NCBI GenBank assembly: GCA_035248845.1
Contig: DATFHB010000084.1
Span: 20,481 to 84,480 of the forward strand
From: Amycolatopsis sp.
GTDB taxonomy: Bacteria; Actinomycetota; Actinomycetes; Mycobacteriales; Pseudonocardiaceae
DNA: 64,000 nucleotides
Direction: 5' to 3'
The notes below the pieces were generated by a model, which was not told the origin of the DNA, did no database searches, and was given only the letters and a program-made list of their open reading frames with translations. Positions 33,944-44,200 of this stretch are shown one piece after another. The position numbers and the translations under genes were made by a program. Each line of letters begins with the position of its first letter. Within the stretch, counting starts at the first letter, position 1.

Positions 33944-34660
33944 ATGATCCGGATCGTGCAGCGGCTCGCGGCGCTGGCCGCGCTGGCCACCGGGGCGGCG
34001 CTCGTGCCCGTGGGTGCCCAGGCGGCGCAGCAGCCCGTGACACTGGCGGGTTTCGACATCAGCGCGTCCCAAGGGGTGCCCGACTTCGCCGCGGCCAAGG
34101 CTGCGGGCGCGGTGTTCGCGTTCGTCAAGGACACCGCGGGCGTCGGCTACCAGAACCCGAACTACCTCACGCAGTTCCGCGCGGCGAAGGCCGCCGGGCT
34201 GTTGCGCGCCGCGTACCACTACGCGCGCCCGGACAAGTCCAGCGGCGCCGACCAGGCCGTCTACCTGCATTCCCACGACGGCAGGTGGTTCTCCGACGGG
34301 GCGACGCTGCCGCCGGCGCTGGACATGGAGGACACCCCGGGTGCCGCACCCTGCTACGGCTTCTCGCCGCAGGCGATGGTGGCGTGGATCCAGGACTTCA
34401 GCACCACGCTGAAGGCCCGCACCGGGCACCGGCCGATCATCTACACGTCCGCGCGGTGGTGGCAGGCGTGTACCGCCGACAGCACCGCGTTCTCCGGCGA
34501 TCACGTGCTGTGGCTCGCCCGGTACAACACCGACATGGGCACCGTGCCCGGAGGCTGGTCCGCGGGCTTCTGGCAGTCCGGGATCGCCGGTCCGCTGCCG
34601 GGCAACCAGGACTCCTACTTCGGCACCGTCCAGCAGTTGCGCGCGCTGACCACCGGCTGA
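33944..34660 (+). CDS. Secreted GH25 muramidase
   Basis: Signal peptide, GFDIS, AYHYARP, LPPALDME (DxE), LWLARY. Confidence 0.88.
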   Translation: MIRIVQRLAALAALATGAALVPVGAQAAQQPVTLAGFDISASQGVPDFAAAKAAGAVFAFVKDTAGVGYQNPNYLTQFRAAKAAGLLRAAYHYARPDKSSGADQAVYLHSHDGRWFSDGATLPPALDMEDTPGAAPCYGFSPQAMVAWIQDFSTTLKARTGHRPIIYTSARWWQACTADSTAFSGDHVLWLARYNTDMGTVPGGWSAGFWQSGIAGPLPGNQDSYFGTVQQLRALTTG

Positions 34661-34717
34661 GCAGCCTGTTCCCAGGGGCCGGGAAGGTTTGGGAAACCGG
34701 CACTTAGGGTGGAGGGT

Positions 34718-35956
34718 ATGCAGACTTGGTCCTCGGTCACCTTGCCCCGCGTCGCCGGAACGCCCCGCCCTTTGCGGCTCTACGACACGGCGACCGGGCA
34801 GGTCCGCCCCACGGCGCCCGGTGAGACGGCGCGGATGTACGTCTGCGGCATCACGCCGTACGACGCGACGCACCTCGGCCACGCCGCCACGTATCTGGCC
34901 TTCGACCTGGTCAACCGGGTGTGGCGGGATAACGGGCACGACGTGCACTACGTGCAGAACGTGACCGACATCGACGAGCCGCTGCTGGAGCGCGCCGAGC
35001 GCGACCAGGACGACTGGATCGTGCTGGGGCTGCGCGAAACCGCGCTGTTCCGGGAGGACATGGAGGCGCTGCGGGTGCTGCCGCCGCGCCAGTTCATCGG
35101 CGCGGTCGAGAGCGTCCCCGAGATCGTCGAGGTGATCGCGAAGCTGGTCGCCGACGGCGCCGCGTACCGTGCCGACGACCCGGAGTTTCCCGACATCTAC
35201 TTCGACCACACCGCGTCCGGCCGGTTCGGCTACGAGTCGAACTACGACGCCGCGACGATGGCGAAGTTCTTCGCCGAGCGCGGCGGCGACCCCGACCGGC
35301 CGGGCAAGCGCGACCCGCTGGACGCTCTGCTGTGGCGGTGCGCGCGGCCCGGCGAGCCGTCGTGGGAGTCGGAGCTGGGGGCCGGCCGGCCGGGCTGGCA
35401 CATCGAGTGCAGCGCGATCGCGGTCAACCGCCTCGGCATGGGCTTCGATGTGCAGGGCGGCGGGTCGGACCTGATCTTCCCGCACCACGAGTACAGCGCC
35501 GCGCACGCCGAGGCGCTGGTGGGTGAGCACCCGTTCGCGCGGCACTACGTGCACGCCGGGATGATCGGCCTCGACGGCGAAAAGATGTCCAAGTCGCGCG
35601 GGAACCTGGTGTTCGTGTCGCGGCTGCGGGCCGACGGCGTGGACGCGGGCGCGATCCGGCTGGCGCTGTTCGCCGGGCACTACCGCACCGACCGTGCGTG
35701 GACGGCGGATCTGCTGGCGGGCGCCGAGGCACGGCTGGAGCGCTGGCGTTCCGCGGTGACGCTCGAGGCGGGACCGGCGGCGGACGACACGATCGCCCGG
35801 CTGCGCGACCACCTCGCCGACGACCTCGACACCCCGAAGGCTCTCGACGCGGTGGACGCGTGGGTATCCCGGGCGCTGAACCGGACCGGAGGCGACACCG
35901 GGGCGCCGGCGCTGGTCCGTACTGCCGTGGATGCCTGGCTGGGCATCGAACTCTAG
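34718..35956 (+). CDS. mshC: Mycothiol ligase (Cys:GlcN-Ins ligase)
   Basis: [48 protein letters not shown]. Confidence 0.95.
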   Translation: MQTWSSVTLPRVAGTPRPLRLYDTATGQVRPTAPGETARMYVCGITPYDATHLGHAATYLAFDLVNRVWRDNGHDVHYVQNVTDIDEPLLERAERDQDDWIVLGLRETALFREDMEALRVLPPRQFIGAVESVPEIVEVIAKLVADGAAYRADDPEFPDIYFDHTASGRFGYESNYDAATMAKFFAERGGDPDRPGKRDPLDALLWRCARPGEPSWESELGAGRPGWHIECSAIAVNRLGMGFDVQGGGSDLIFPHHEYSAAHAEALVGEHPFARHYVHAGMIGLDGEKMSKSRGNLVFVSRLRADGVDAGAIRLALFAGHYRTDRAWTADLLAGAEARLERWRSAVTLEAGPAADDTIARLRDHLADDLDTPKALDAVDAWVSRALNRTGGDTGAPALVRTAVDAWLGIEL

Positions 35957-35960
35957 GCGC

Positions 35961-36392
35961 TCAGGGTTCCGCGATCCGGGCCAGGAGCTCGCTCGCGAGG
36001 CCGACCACGCGCTGTTCGGTGGGGGACAGCGCCTCCGCCAGGCGGCGGGCCAGCCAGTCGTCCCCGGTGCGCATCTCCTCGGTCAGCGTGTGCCGGCCCC
36101 GCTCGGTCAGCGTGATGTGCGCCTGACGCCGGTCGGCGGGATTCGTCGCGCGCTCGATGAGCCCGTTCGCCTCCAGCGACGCGAGCGCGCGCGTCACGGA
36201 CTGCGGCTGCAGGCGTTCGGCCGACGCCAGGTCGCCCGGCGTCAGCGGTCCGCGCCGGAACAGATGCCCGAGCAACGACAGCCCGAGCCGGCCCGGGCCA
36301 CCGGCCGGGCGTCTCGCGCGCAGCCGCCGCGCGAGCTGGGTCGTCGAGCGGCGTAGCGCCATAGCCGTGTTCCGCAGCTCCTCCTCGTCCAC
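35961..36392 (-). CDS. MarR-family regulator
   Basis: GPLTPGDLASAERLQPQSVTR..DRRQAHITLT. Confidence 0.88.
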   Translation of the reverse strand: MDEEELRNTAMALRRSTTQLARRLRARRPAGGPGRLGLSLLGHLFRRGPLTPGDLASAERLQPQSVTRALASLEANGLIERATNPADRRQAHITLTERGRHTLTEEMRTGDDWLARRLAEALSPTEQRVVGLASELLARIAEP

Positions 36393-36555
36393 GATTACTA
36401 CGCTATCACTGCCGGTCTGGCGAATATCCCCAAGAAAGTAGTACGTAAAGCGTAGTATCTGCGTAGGCAGCTGGTCCGGTGGTCACGCCAGACGTCCGTT
36501 GGTCCGGCGCACGTGGTCGCCCCCGCGGCGAAGCTCAGGCTGGCCGTATAACGGC

Positions 36556-38139
36556 CTATACGGCGCGTCCTCGGTCCAGGTGCAGCCGTGCGCCCTGCCA
36601 CACCCGGCGCAGCCACCGGTCGTGCGAAGCAAGGACGACGGCGCCGGGCGCGGTGTCGAGCGCATCGAAGAGTTCCTCCGCGAGCGTCAGCGAGATGTGG
36701 TTGGTGGGCTCGTCGAGGAGCAACACATCGGGCGGGCGCGCGACGAGCACCGCGAGCGCGAGCCGCCGTCGCCCGCCGACCGACAGGTGTCCGGCGGGGC
36801 GGTCCAGGTCGCGGGGCGGCAGCAGGCCCAACTGGGGCAGGGGAGTGGAGTCCGCGCCCGCGGCCGCCGCGTAGAGCTGCCTCGGCGTCTTCGCCGGGTC
36901 GGCCAGCCGGACGTCCTGTTCGAGCATTCCGACCCGCACGCCGCGGCGGCGATGCACCACGCCCTCGGCCGGGGGAAGCCCACCCGCGAGGACCGTGAGC
37001 AAAGTGGACTTCCCGGCCCCGTTGCCACCGATCACGAGCAGCCGGGCGGAGTTCGTCACGTCCAACCGTCCGATGTGGAGTCTCCCGGGGACGCGCACGT
37101 CCCGCACGGCCAGCGCGAGGTCGTCCGCGGCGGGACGCGCGGTGAGCTGCGCCGCGAACTCGAGTGGCGCAGGGGGCTTGCGGACCTGGCTGCCTTCCAG
37201 GTCGGCGAGCCGCTGCTGCGCGTCGCGGACCCGGCGCGAGATCTGCTTGTCCACGCGGGCGCCCTTGAACGCATGGATGAACTTGTCGTTGTCCCTGGGG
37301 CCGCGGCCGTGCGCGACCGAGCGGGCGCTGACGTCGACGGCCTCGCGCAGCGACTTCAGCTCCGCTTGCTCCTCGGCGAACCGCTGTTCCCAGCGGGCGC
37401 GCTCGGCGCGCTTGTGCACCAGGTAGCCCGAGTACGCGCCGCCGTACCGGGTTGGCCCGCCCATCGCCGGATCCAGGTCGACGATGTCGGTGCACACGGC
37501 GTCCAGGAACACCCGGTCGTGCGAGGACAGCACGATCACGCCGCGAAGCCCGCACAGGTGCTGTTCGAGGAACGCCATACCCGCGTCGTCGAGGTGGTTG
37601 GTCGGCTCATCGAGCAGCAGCGTCTCCGGGCGGCGGATCAGCAGCGCCGCCAGCCCCAGCCGGGAACGCTGCCCGCCCGAGAGGGTGCCGAGCGTGCGGT
37701 CGAGGGCGATGCCGCCGAGTCCCAGCCCCGCCAGAACGATCCCGGCGCGCCGGTCGGCATCCCACAGGTCGTGCGCCTGGGCCCACTCCAGCACCCGCCC
37801 GTACTCGGCCATCGCCTGCGCGTCACCGGCCATCCAGGTGGCGAGCACGTCGAGCCGCCGGGCGGCCGCACGGATCTCGGCGAGGGCGTCGTCCACGACG
37901 TCGGAGACCGTGGCCGACGCCGAAAAGGGCAGTTCCTGCACCAGGAACCCGACGTCCGTGCCGCGCTCGACCGCGCCTGCGTGGGGTTCTTCCAGACCCG
38001 CCAGGAGCCGGAGCAGGGTGGATTTGCCTGCGCCGTTCTCGCCGACGAGCCCGACGCGCCGGCCGGGGCTCGCGGTCAAGGACAGGCCGTCGAAGACGAC
38101 CCGGTCGCCGTAGGAGAACACGAGATCGCGTGCGTGCAT
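36556..38139 (-). CDS. ABC-F ATPase, ribosomal-protection (ARE, TlrC/CarA/OleB-like) type
   Basis: Two NBDs (GENGAGKS, LSGGQ, LLDEPTNH; GGNGAGKS, LLDEPTNH), long interdomain linker, no TM segments. Confidence 0.85.
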   Translation of the reverse strand: MHARDLVFSYGDRVVFDGLSLTASPGRRVGLVGENGAGKSTLLRLLAGLEEPHAGAVERGTDVGFLVQELPFSASATVSDVVDDALAEIRAAARRLDVLATWMAGDAQAMAEYGRVLEWAQAHDLWDADRRAGIVLAGLGLGGIALDRTLGTLSGGQRSRLGLAALLIRRPETLLLDEPTNHLDDAGMAFLEQHLCGLRGVIVLSSHDRVFLDAVCTDIVDLDPAMGGPTRYGGAYSGYLVHKRAERARWEQRFAEEQAELKSLREAVDVSARSVAHGRGPRDNDKFIHAFKGARVDKQISRRVRDAQQRLADLEGSQVRKPPAPLEFAAQLTARPAADDLALAVRDVRVPGRLHIGRLDVTNSARLLVIGGNGAGKSTLLTVLAGGLPPAEGVVHRRRGVRVGMLEQDVRLADPAKTPRQLYAAAAGADSTPLPQLGLLPPRDLDRPAGHLSVGGRRRLALAVLVARPPDVLLLDEPTNHISLTLAEELFDALDTAPGAVVLASHDRWLRRVWQGARLHLDRGRAV

Positions 38140-38141
38140 GA

Positions 38142-38274
38142 GACATCACCAACCCGGAAGGAATGCGGTCGTCCCCGCCGGGCTTACAGCCTCGGGCGCG
38201 GGGCGGGTGGGATGTCAGCTGTCCATGGCGCCGCCCAGGTTAGGGGGCGGCCGCGACCCGCGCCACTGATTTTC
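38142..38274 (-). promoter_or_regulatory. WblC/WhiB7-type promoter, uORF (MDS*) and RBS-sequestering hairpin
   Basis: GAAAAT-N2-GTGGCG-N18-TAACCT; ATG GAC AGC TGA at 38226-38215; 38204-38216 pairs with 38142-38156. Confidence 0.6.
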
Positions 38275-38302
38275 CGGGCCCCGCGCGGGCTACGGTTGAG
38301 AC

Positions 38303-39127
38303 GTGCCGAAACTCTTCGCGACCAGCGACCTGCATGTCAGCCACAAGGGCAACGGCCCGATCCTGGACGAGGTGGTGCCCGAGACCGACGGCGACTGGCT
38401 GCTGGTCGTCGGTGACGTGGCGGAGAACGCCGAGATCGTCGCGCGGACCCTCTCGACGCTGCGGGACCGCTTCGCGAAGGTCGTGTGGGTGCCTGGCAAC
38501 CACGAACTGTGGACCACCCCGCGGGACGAGATCCAGCTGCGGGGCGAGCTGCGCTACAACTACCTCGTCGAACGCTGCCGCGATCTGGGCGTGTTGACCC
38601 CGGAGGACGAGTACCCCGTGTGGGAGCACGGCGAGCGGCCCCTCACGATCGCGCCGATGTTCCTGCTCTACGACTACAGCTGGCGCACTCCGCAGGCCGA
38701 GGAGGTGACGCTGGCGGAGGCGCTCGCGCAGGCCCGCGAGGCGGGAGTCGTGTGCACCGACGAGTACTTCCTGCACCCTGACCCGCACCCGACCCGGCAG
38801 GACTGGTGCGCGCGCCGGCTCAAGGCGACCGAGGAGCGGCTCGCCGCGATCCCCGAGGAGCACGGCACGGTGCTTATGTCGCACTGGCCGCTGCACCGGC
38901 ACCCCACCGCGCCGCTGTACTGGCCGGAGTTCGCGATGTGGTGCGGCACCGAGCGCACCGCCGACTGGCATGTGCGCTACCGCGCCGAGGTCGCGGCGTT
39001 CGGGCACCTGCACATCCCGCGCACCACCTACGCCGACGGCGTCCGGTTCGAAGAGGTGTCGCTGGGCTACCCGCGCGAGTGGAGCAAGCGGGCCCGGGGA
39101 CCGGTGCCGCTACGCGCGATCCTGTGA
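38303..39127 (+). CDS. Calcineurin-like metallophosphoesterase, PptH (Rv2795c)-like
   Basis: SDLH, GDVAE, VPGNHELW, MFLLYDYS, GHLHIPRTT..VRFEEVSLGYPREW. Confidence 0.82.
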   Translation: MPKLFATSDLHVSHKGNGPILDEVVPETDGDWLLVVGDVAENAEIVARTLSTLRDRFAKVVWVPGNHELWTTPRDEIQLRGELRYNYLVERCRDLGVLTPEDEYPVWEHGERPLTIAPMFLLYDYSWRTPQAEEVTLAEALAQAREAGVVCTDEYFLHPDPHPTRQDWCARRLKATEERLAAIPEEHGTVLMSHWPLHRHPTAPLYWPEFAMWCGTERTADWHVRYRAEVAAFGHLHIPRTTYADGVRFEEVSLGYPREWSKRARGPVPLRAIL

Positions 39128-40231
39128 CCTCGGGCGCACCACCGCCAGCGGCACTGTCAGGGCGAGCACGGCCGCCGGGGTGAGGAACCCGAGCGCCGGA
39201 GCATGCCGGTAGAGCTCGGTGAACGCGGCGGGCGAGGCGGACATCCCGAGGAACCGCAGCGACGTGACCACCGAGATGGCGCCGCCCCGCCCGGCCGGCT
39301 CGCCGCGCAGCACCTGGGCGTTGACGCCGACCAGGATCAGCTGGCCGCACACGCCGCCCACACTCCACGCGACCACCGCGAGCGGCAGCGACCCGGATAC
39401 CCCGATCGAGCCGACCGCGACCGCGCCGAGCAAGAGCCCGCCACAGAGGGCGGCCTTCGGCCCGAACCGGTCGGCCGCGGCCCCGGAGAGCGGCGCGGCG
39501 ACGAACCCGGCGATCCCGTACGCCGTCAGCGAAAGCCCGCGCACGGCGGGGCTGAGCGCGAACGAGTCCTCCAGCCGGAACGCGACCAGGAACGGCAGAC
39601 CGGCCAGGCATGCCCACGCCAGGAAGATCACCAGCCCGCTCCACAGCACCTCGGGCCGCCACGCGTCCCGCAGCGGCGCGGGTGCGTGCCCGGCCGGCCG
39701 GTCCGGCGGCAGCGGGCATGCGGCGAGCACGCCGGCCACCGCGGCGATCCCGGCAAACGCCCACTGCCACGACCCTTCCGCCGCAAGGCCCCCCACCAGC
39801 GGCGCCGACGTCTGGCCGAGCGCCTGCATGGCGCCGAACACGCCCAGCGCGCGCCCGAGGCGGTGCGCCGGGGTGATCTCGGCGAGCTTGCTGAGCAGCA
39901 GCGGCGTGGTGAACGCGTTCGCGACGCCCTGCAGGCCGCGGCTGAGCAGGAACAGCCAGAACGACGGCGCGACGACCGACAGCAGTGCCGCCACCACGTA
40001 ACCGGCGTAGGCGAAGCGGATCGTGCGGACCGGGCCCCACCGCTGGCCGAGCGCGCCCGACACGAGCATGACCAGCGCGAACGGCAGCAGGTAGACGGTC
40101 AGCGAGGACGCTGCCGTGGCCGGTGAGACGCCGTAGCTCGCGCCGAGTTCGGGCAACATGGCCGCGACGACCCCGCTGCCGAACGGCCCGAGAACCCCGC
40201 CGACATACAGCGCGGCGGCCCGTGCGGGCAC
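39110..40231 (-). CDS. MFS transporter
   Basis: About 12 hydrophobic segments, SRGLQG, GAAADRFG. Confidence 0.85.
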   Translation of the reverse strand: MPARAAALYVGGVLGPFGSGVVAAMLPELGASYGVSPATAASSLTVYLLPFALVMLVSGALGQRWGPVRTIRFAYAGYVVAALLSVVAPSFWLFLLSRGLQGVANAFTTPLLLSKLAEITPAHRLGRALGVFGAMQALGQTSAPLVGGLAAEGSWQWAFAGIAAVAGVLAACPLPPDRPAGHAPAPLRDAWRPEVLWSGLVIFLAWACLAGLPFLVAFRLEDSFALSPAVRGLSLTAYGIAGFVAAPLSGAAADRFGPKAALCGGLLLGAVAVGSIGVSGSLPLAVVAWSVGGVCGQLILVGVNAQVLRGEPAGRGGAISVVTSLRFLGMSASPAAFTELYRHAPALGFLTPAAVLALTVPLAVVRPRSQDRA

Positions 40232-40253
40232 CGGCGGGACTCCCGGCCCAGCG

Positions 40254-41156
40254 TCAGCGGGCAGCGGAGCCCGGGCCCTCCTGGCCGGGGCGCCGGCGCC
40301 GCAGGTACCGCTCGAACTCGGCGGCGATCTTGTCCCCGCTGGACTCGTCCACGGACATCTCGACCTCGGCGTCTCCGCGCTCCTCGAGGGTGCGGACGTA
40401 CTCGCTGATCTCCTCGTCCTCCTCGGCCATCTCGCTGACCGTGTGCTGCCACTCCTCGGCCTGCTCCGGCAGCGCGCCGAGCGGCACCTCGACGTCGAGC
40501 ACGTCCTCCAGCTTGTGCAGCAGCGCCAGCGTGGCCTTCGGCGACGGCGGGTGCGACACGTAGTGCGGCACCGCGGCCCAGATGGAGATCGCCGGGATCC
40601 CGGCCTGCACGCAGAAGTCCTGCAGCACGCCCACGATCCCGGTCGGACCCTGGTAGCGGCTGCGTTCCAGGCCGAAGCGGGCCGCCGCCTCGGCGTCGTA
40701 CGCGGTGCCGGTGACCGGCACGGGCCGGGTGTGCGGCGTGTCGGCCAGCAGCGCGCCGAGCGTCACCACCGTCTCGACGTCCAGGGCTTCGATCTGTTCG
40801 AGCAGTTCGGCGCAGAACGCGCGCCAGCGCATGTTCGGCTCCGGGCCCTGCACCAGCACGACGTCGCGGTCGTAGCCGGGCGGGCGGCAGATGGACAGCT
40901 GGGTGGTCGGCCACTCGACGCGCCGGGTCACACCGTCCACCATGCGCACGGTCGGGCGGCTCACCTGAAAGTCGTAATAGTCATCGGGGCTGAGCTCGGC
41001 CAGCGGTTTGGCGTCCCAGCTCAGCTGAAGGTGCTCCAGGGCCGTGCTGGCCGCGTCACCTGCATCGTTCCAGCCTTCAAAGGCGACCACCATGACTGGT
41101 CGCGGCGACTCGGCGGGGCTTGAGGTCTGCTCGTTGGCGTCGGCTGGGTCGGTCAC
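40254..41156 (-). CDS. PAC2-family (proteasome assembly chaperone-like) protein
   Basis: AFEGWNDAGDAAS, YYDFQVSRP, LLADTPHTRP, WAAVPHYV, AAEFERYL. Confidence 0.9.
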   Translation of the reverse strand: MTDPADANEQTSSPAESPRPVMVVAFEGWNDAGDAASTALEHLQLSWDAKPLAELSPDDYYDFQVSRPTVRMVDGVTRRVEWPTTQLSICRPPGYDRDVVLVQGPEPNMRWRAFCAELLEQIEALDVETVVTLGALLADTPHTRPVPVTGTAYDAEAAARFGLERSRYQGPTGIVGVLQDFCVQAGIPAISIWAAVPHYVSHPPSPKATLALLHKLEDVLDVEVPLGALPEQAEEWQHTVSEMAEEDEEISEYVRTLEERGDAEVEMSVDESSGDKIAAEFERYLRRRRPGQEGPGSAAR

Positions 41157-41207
41157 CCGACCAGCCTACGACCCGCCGCGAGTCTCGCGGACCGTAGCCT
41201 TGAGGAC

Positions 41208-44200
41208 ATGCCGGATCACGTTTCGTCGCCGCTGCTGGAGGCCCTCACTGCCCGAGTCGTGGTGGCGGACGGGGCGATGGGCACCGCGCTGCAGGCGCAT
41301 GATCTGTCGCTGGACGACTTCTCGGGCCTCGAGGGCTGCAACGAGATCCTGAACGTGACCCGTCCGGATGTTGTCCGTGGGATCCACCGCGGCTACCTGG
41401 AGGCGGGCGCGGACGCGATCGAGACCAACACCTTCGGCGCGAACCTGGCGAACCTGGGGGAGTACGGGATCGCCGAGCGGATCTTCGAGCTGGCCGAGGC
41501 GGGGGCGCGGCTGGCGCGTGAGACCGCGGACGAGTTCGGCGAGCGCTTCGTGCTGGGCTCGGTCGGTCCCGGCACGAAGCTGCCGACGCTGGGGCACGCG
41601 CCCTACGTCACGCTGCGCGACGCCTATGTCGAGCAGGTGCGCGGGCTGCTCGCGGGCGGCGTCGACGCGGTGATCGTCGAGACCACCCAGGACATTCTGC
41701 AGACCAAGGCGTCGATCGTCGCCGCGCACCGCGCGATGGCGAGGGAGGGCCGGCGGGTGCCGATCATCGCGTCGATCACCGTCGAGACGACCGGCACGAT
41801 GCTGCTGGGCACGGAGGTCGGGGCCGCGCTTGCCGCGCTGGAGCCGCTGGGAATCGACGTGATCGGGCTGAACTGCGCGACCGGCCCCGCCGAGATGAGC
41901 GAACACCTGCGGACGCTGGCCAGGACCGCGCGCGTGCCGCTGTCGGTGATGCCCAACGCGGGGCTGCCCGAGCTGGGGCCGGACGGCGCGGTGTACCCGC
42001 TCTCGCCGGAGGGCCTGGCTGACGCGCTGTCCGGGTTCGTGCGGGAGTTCGGCGTCGGGCTGGTCGGCGGCTGCTGCGGCACCACCGGCGAGCACATTCG
42101 GCAGCTCGCCGCGGCGGTCCGCGACATCGAGCGCGCGCCGCGCCGGCCGCACCCGGAGCCGGGGGTGTCGTCGCTGTACCAGCCGGTGCCGTTCGCGCAG
42201 GACGCGTCGGTGCTGATGATCGGCGAACGCACCAACGCGAACGGCTCGAAGGCGTTCCGTGAGGCGATGCTGGAGGGCCGGTACTCCGACTGCGTCGAGA
42301 TCGCGAAGGCGCAGACCCGCGACGGTGCCCACCTGCTCGACCTGTGCGTGGACTACGTGGGCCGTGACGGCGCCGCCGACATGCGGGAGCTGGCATCGCG
42401 GCTGGCCGCGGCGTCGACGCTGCCGATCATGCTGGACTCCACCGAACCCGCGGTCATCGAGGCGGGCCTGGAGCATCTCGGTGGCCGCTGCGCGGTCAAC
42501 TCGGTCAACTACGAGGACGGCGCCGGCCCGGATTCGCGGTTCCAGAAGGTCATGCGGCTGGTGCGCGAGCACGGGGCGGCAGTGGTGGCGCTGTGCATCG
42601 ACGAGGAGGGGCAGGCCCGGACCGCGGAGTGGAAGGTCCGCGTCGCGGCGCGGCTGATCGACGACCTGACGACGAACTGGGGGATGCGGGTCGAGGACAT
42701 CATCGTCGACTGCCTGACGTTCCCGATCTCGACCGGGCAGGAGGAGGTGCGCCGGGACGCGATCGAGACCATCGAGGCGATCCGCGAGCTGACCCGGCGT
42801 TACCCGCAGGCGCAGACGACGCTCGGGGTGTCCAACGTGTCGTTCGGGCTCAACGCCGCCGCACGGCAGGTGCTGAACTCGGTGTTCCTGCACGAGTGCG
42901 TGCAGGCGGGGCTGACCACGGCGATTGTGCACGCGTCGAAGATCCTGCCGATGGCGCGGATTCCCGACGAGCACCGGGAGGTCGCACTCGATCTCGTCTA
43001 CGACCGGCGGCGCGACGGGTATGACCCGCTGCAGAAGCTGATGGAGCTGTTCGAGGGCAAGACGGCGGCGTCGAGCCGCGCGTCGCGGGCGCAGGAGCTG
43101 GCCGCGCTGCCGCTGTTCGAGCGGCTGGAGCGGCGGATCGTCGACGGCGAGCGCATCGGTCTCGAAGCGGATCTCGACGAGGCGATGACGGAGCGACCGC
43201 CGTTGGAGATCATCAACGACACCCTCCTGTCCGGCATGAAGACGGTCGGCGAGCTGTTCGGCTCCGGGCAGATGCAGCTGCCGTTCGTGCTGCAATCGGC
43301 CGAGGTGATGAAGGCGGCGGTCGCCCACCTGGAGCCGCACATTGAAGGGCAGAGTGCGGGACCTCGTCAAAACAAGGGCCGGATCGTGCTCGCCACGGTC
43401 AAGGGGGACGTGCACGACATCGGCAAGAACCTGGTCGACATCATCCTGTCCAACAACGGCTACGAGGTGGTCAACCTCGGCATCAAGCAACCCATCACGA
43501 CGATCCTGGACGCGGCCGAGGAGCAGCGGGCGGACGCGATCGGGATGTCGGGGCTGCTGGTCAAGTCCACGGTGATCATGCGGGAGAACCTGGAGGAGAT
43601 GAACTCCCGGGGCGTCGCCGGAGCCTGGCCGGTGCTGCTCGGCGGCGCCGCGCTCACGCGCGGGTATGTGGAGAACGACCTGACTGCGGTCTACCGCGGC
43701 GACGTGCATTACGCGCGGGACGCGTTCGAGGGCCTGCACCTGATGGACGCGATCATGGCGGTGCGCCGCGGCGGGGCGCCCGCGCACGATCCGGAGGCCG
43801 AGGCCCGGCGCGCCGAGCGCACGGCGCGCCGGGAACGCTCCCTGCGCATCGCGGAAGCGCGGAAGGCGCGGGAGCAGCCGGTGGAGATACCGGCGCGTTC
43901 GGACGTCGCCACCGACGTGCCCGTGCCGGCCCCGCCGTTCTGGGGCACCCGCGTGATCAAGGGCATCCCGGTAGCGGACTACGCAGCGTATCTCGACGAG
44001 CGGGCCACGTTCCTGGGGCAATGGGGGCTGCGCGGCGCGAAGGGCGGGCAAGGGCCGTCCTACGAACAGCTGGTGGAGACGGAGGGGCGGCCCCGGCTGC
44101 GGTACTGGCTGGACAGGCTCGCCACCGCCGGGATCCTGCAGCACGCCGCCGTGGTGTACGGCTACTTCCCGGCGGTCGCCGACGGCGACGACCTCGTCGT

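Noticed and set aside
41157-41207. Cobalamin or SAM riboswitch before metH
   Set aside because: Only 51 bp of intergenic sequence, and the gene appears leaderless
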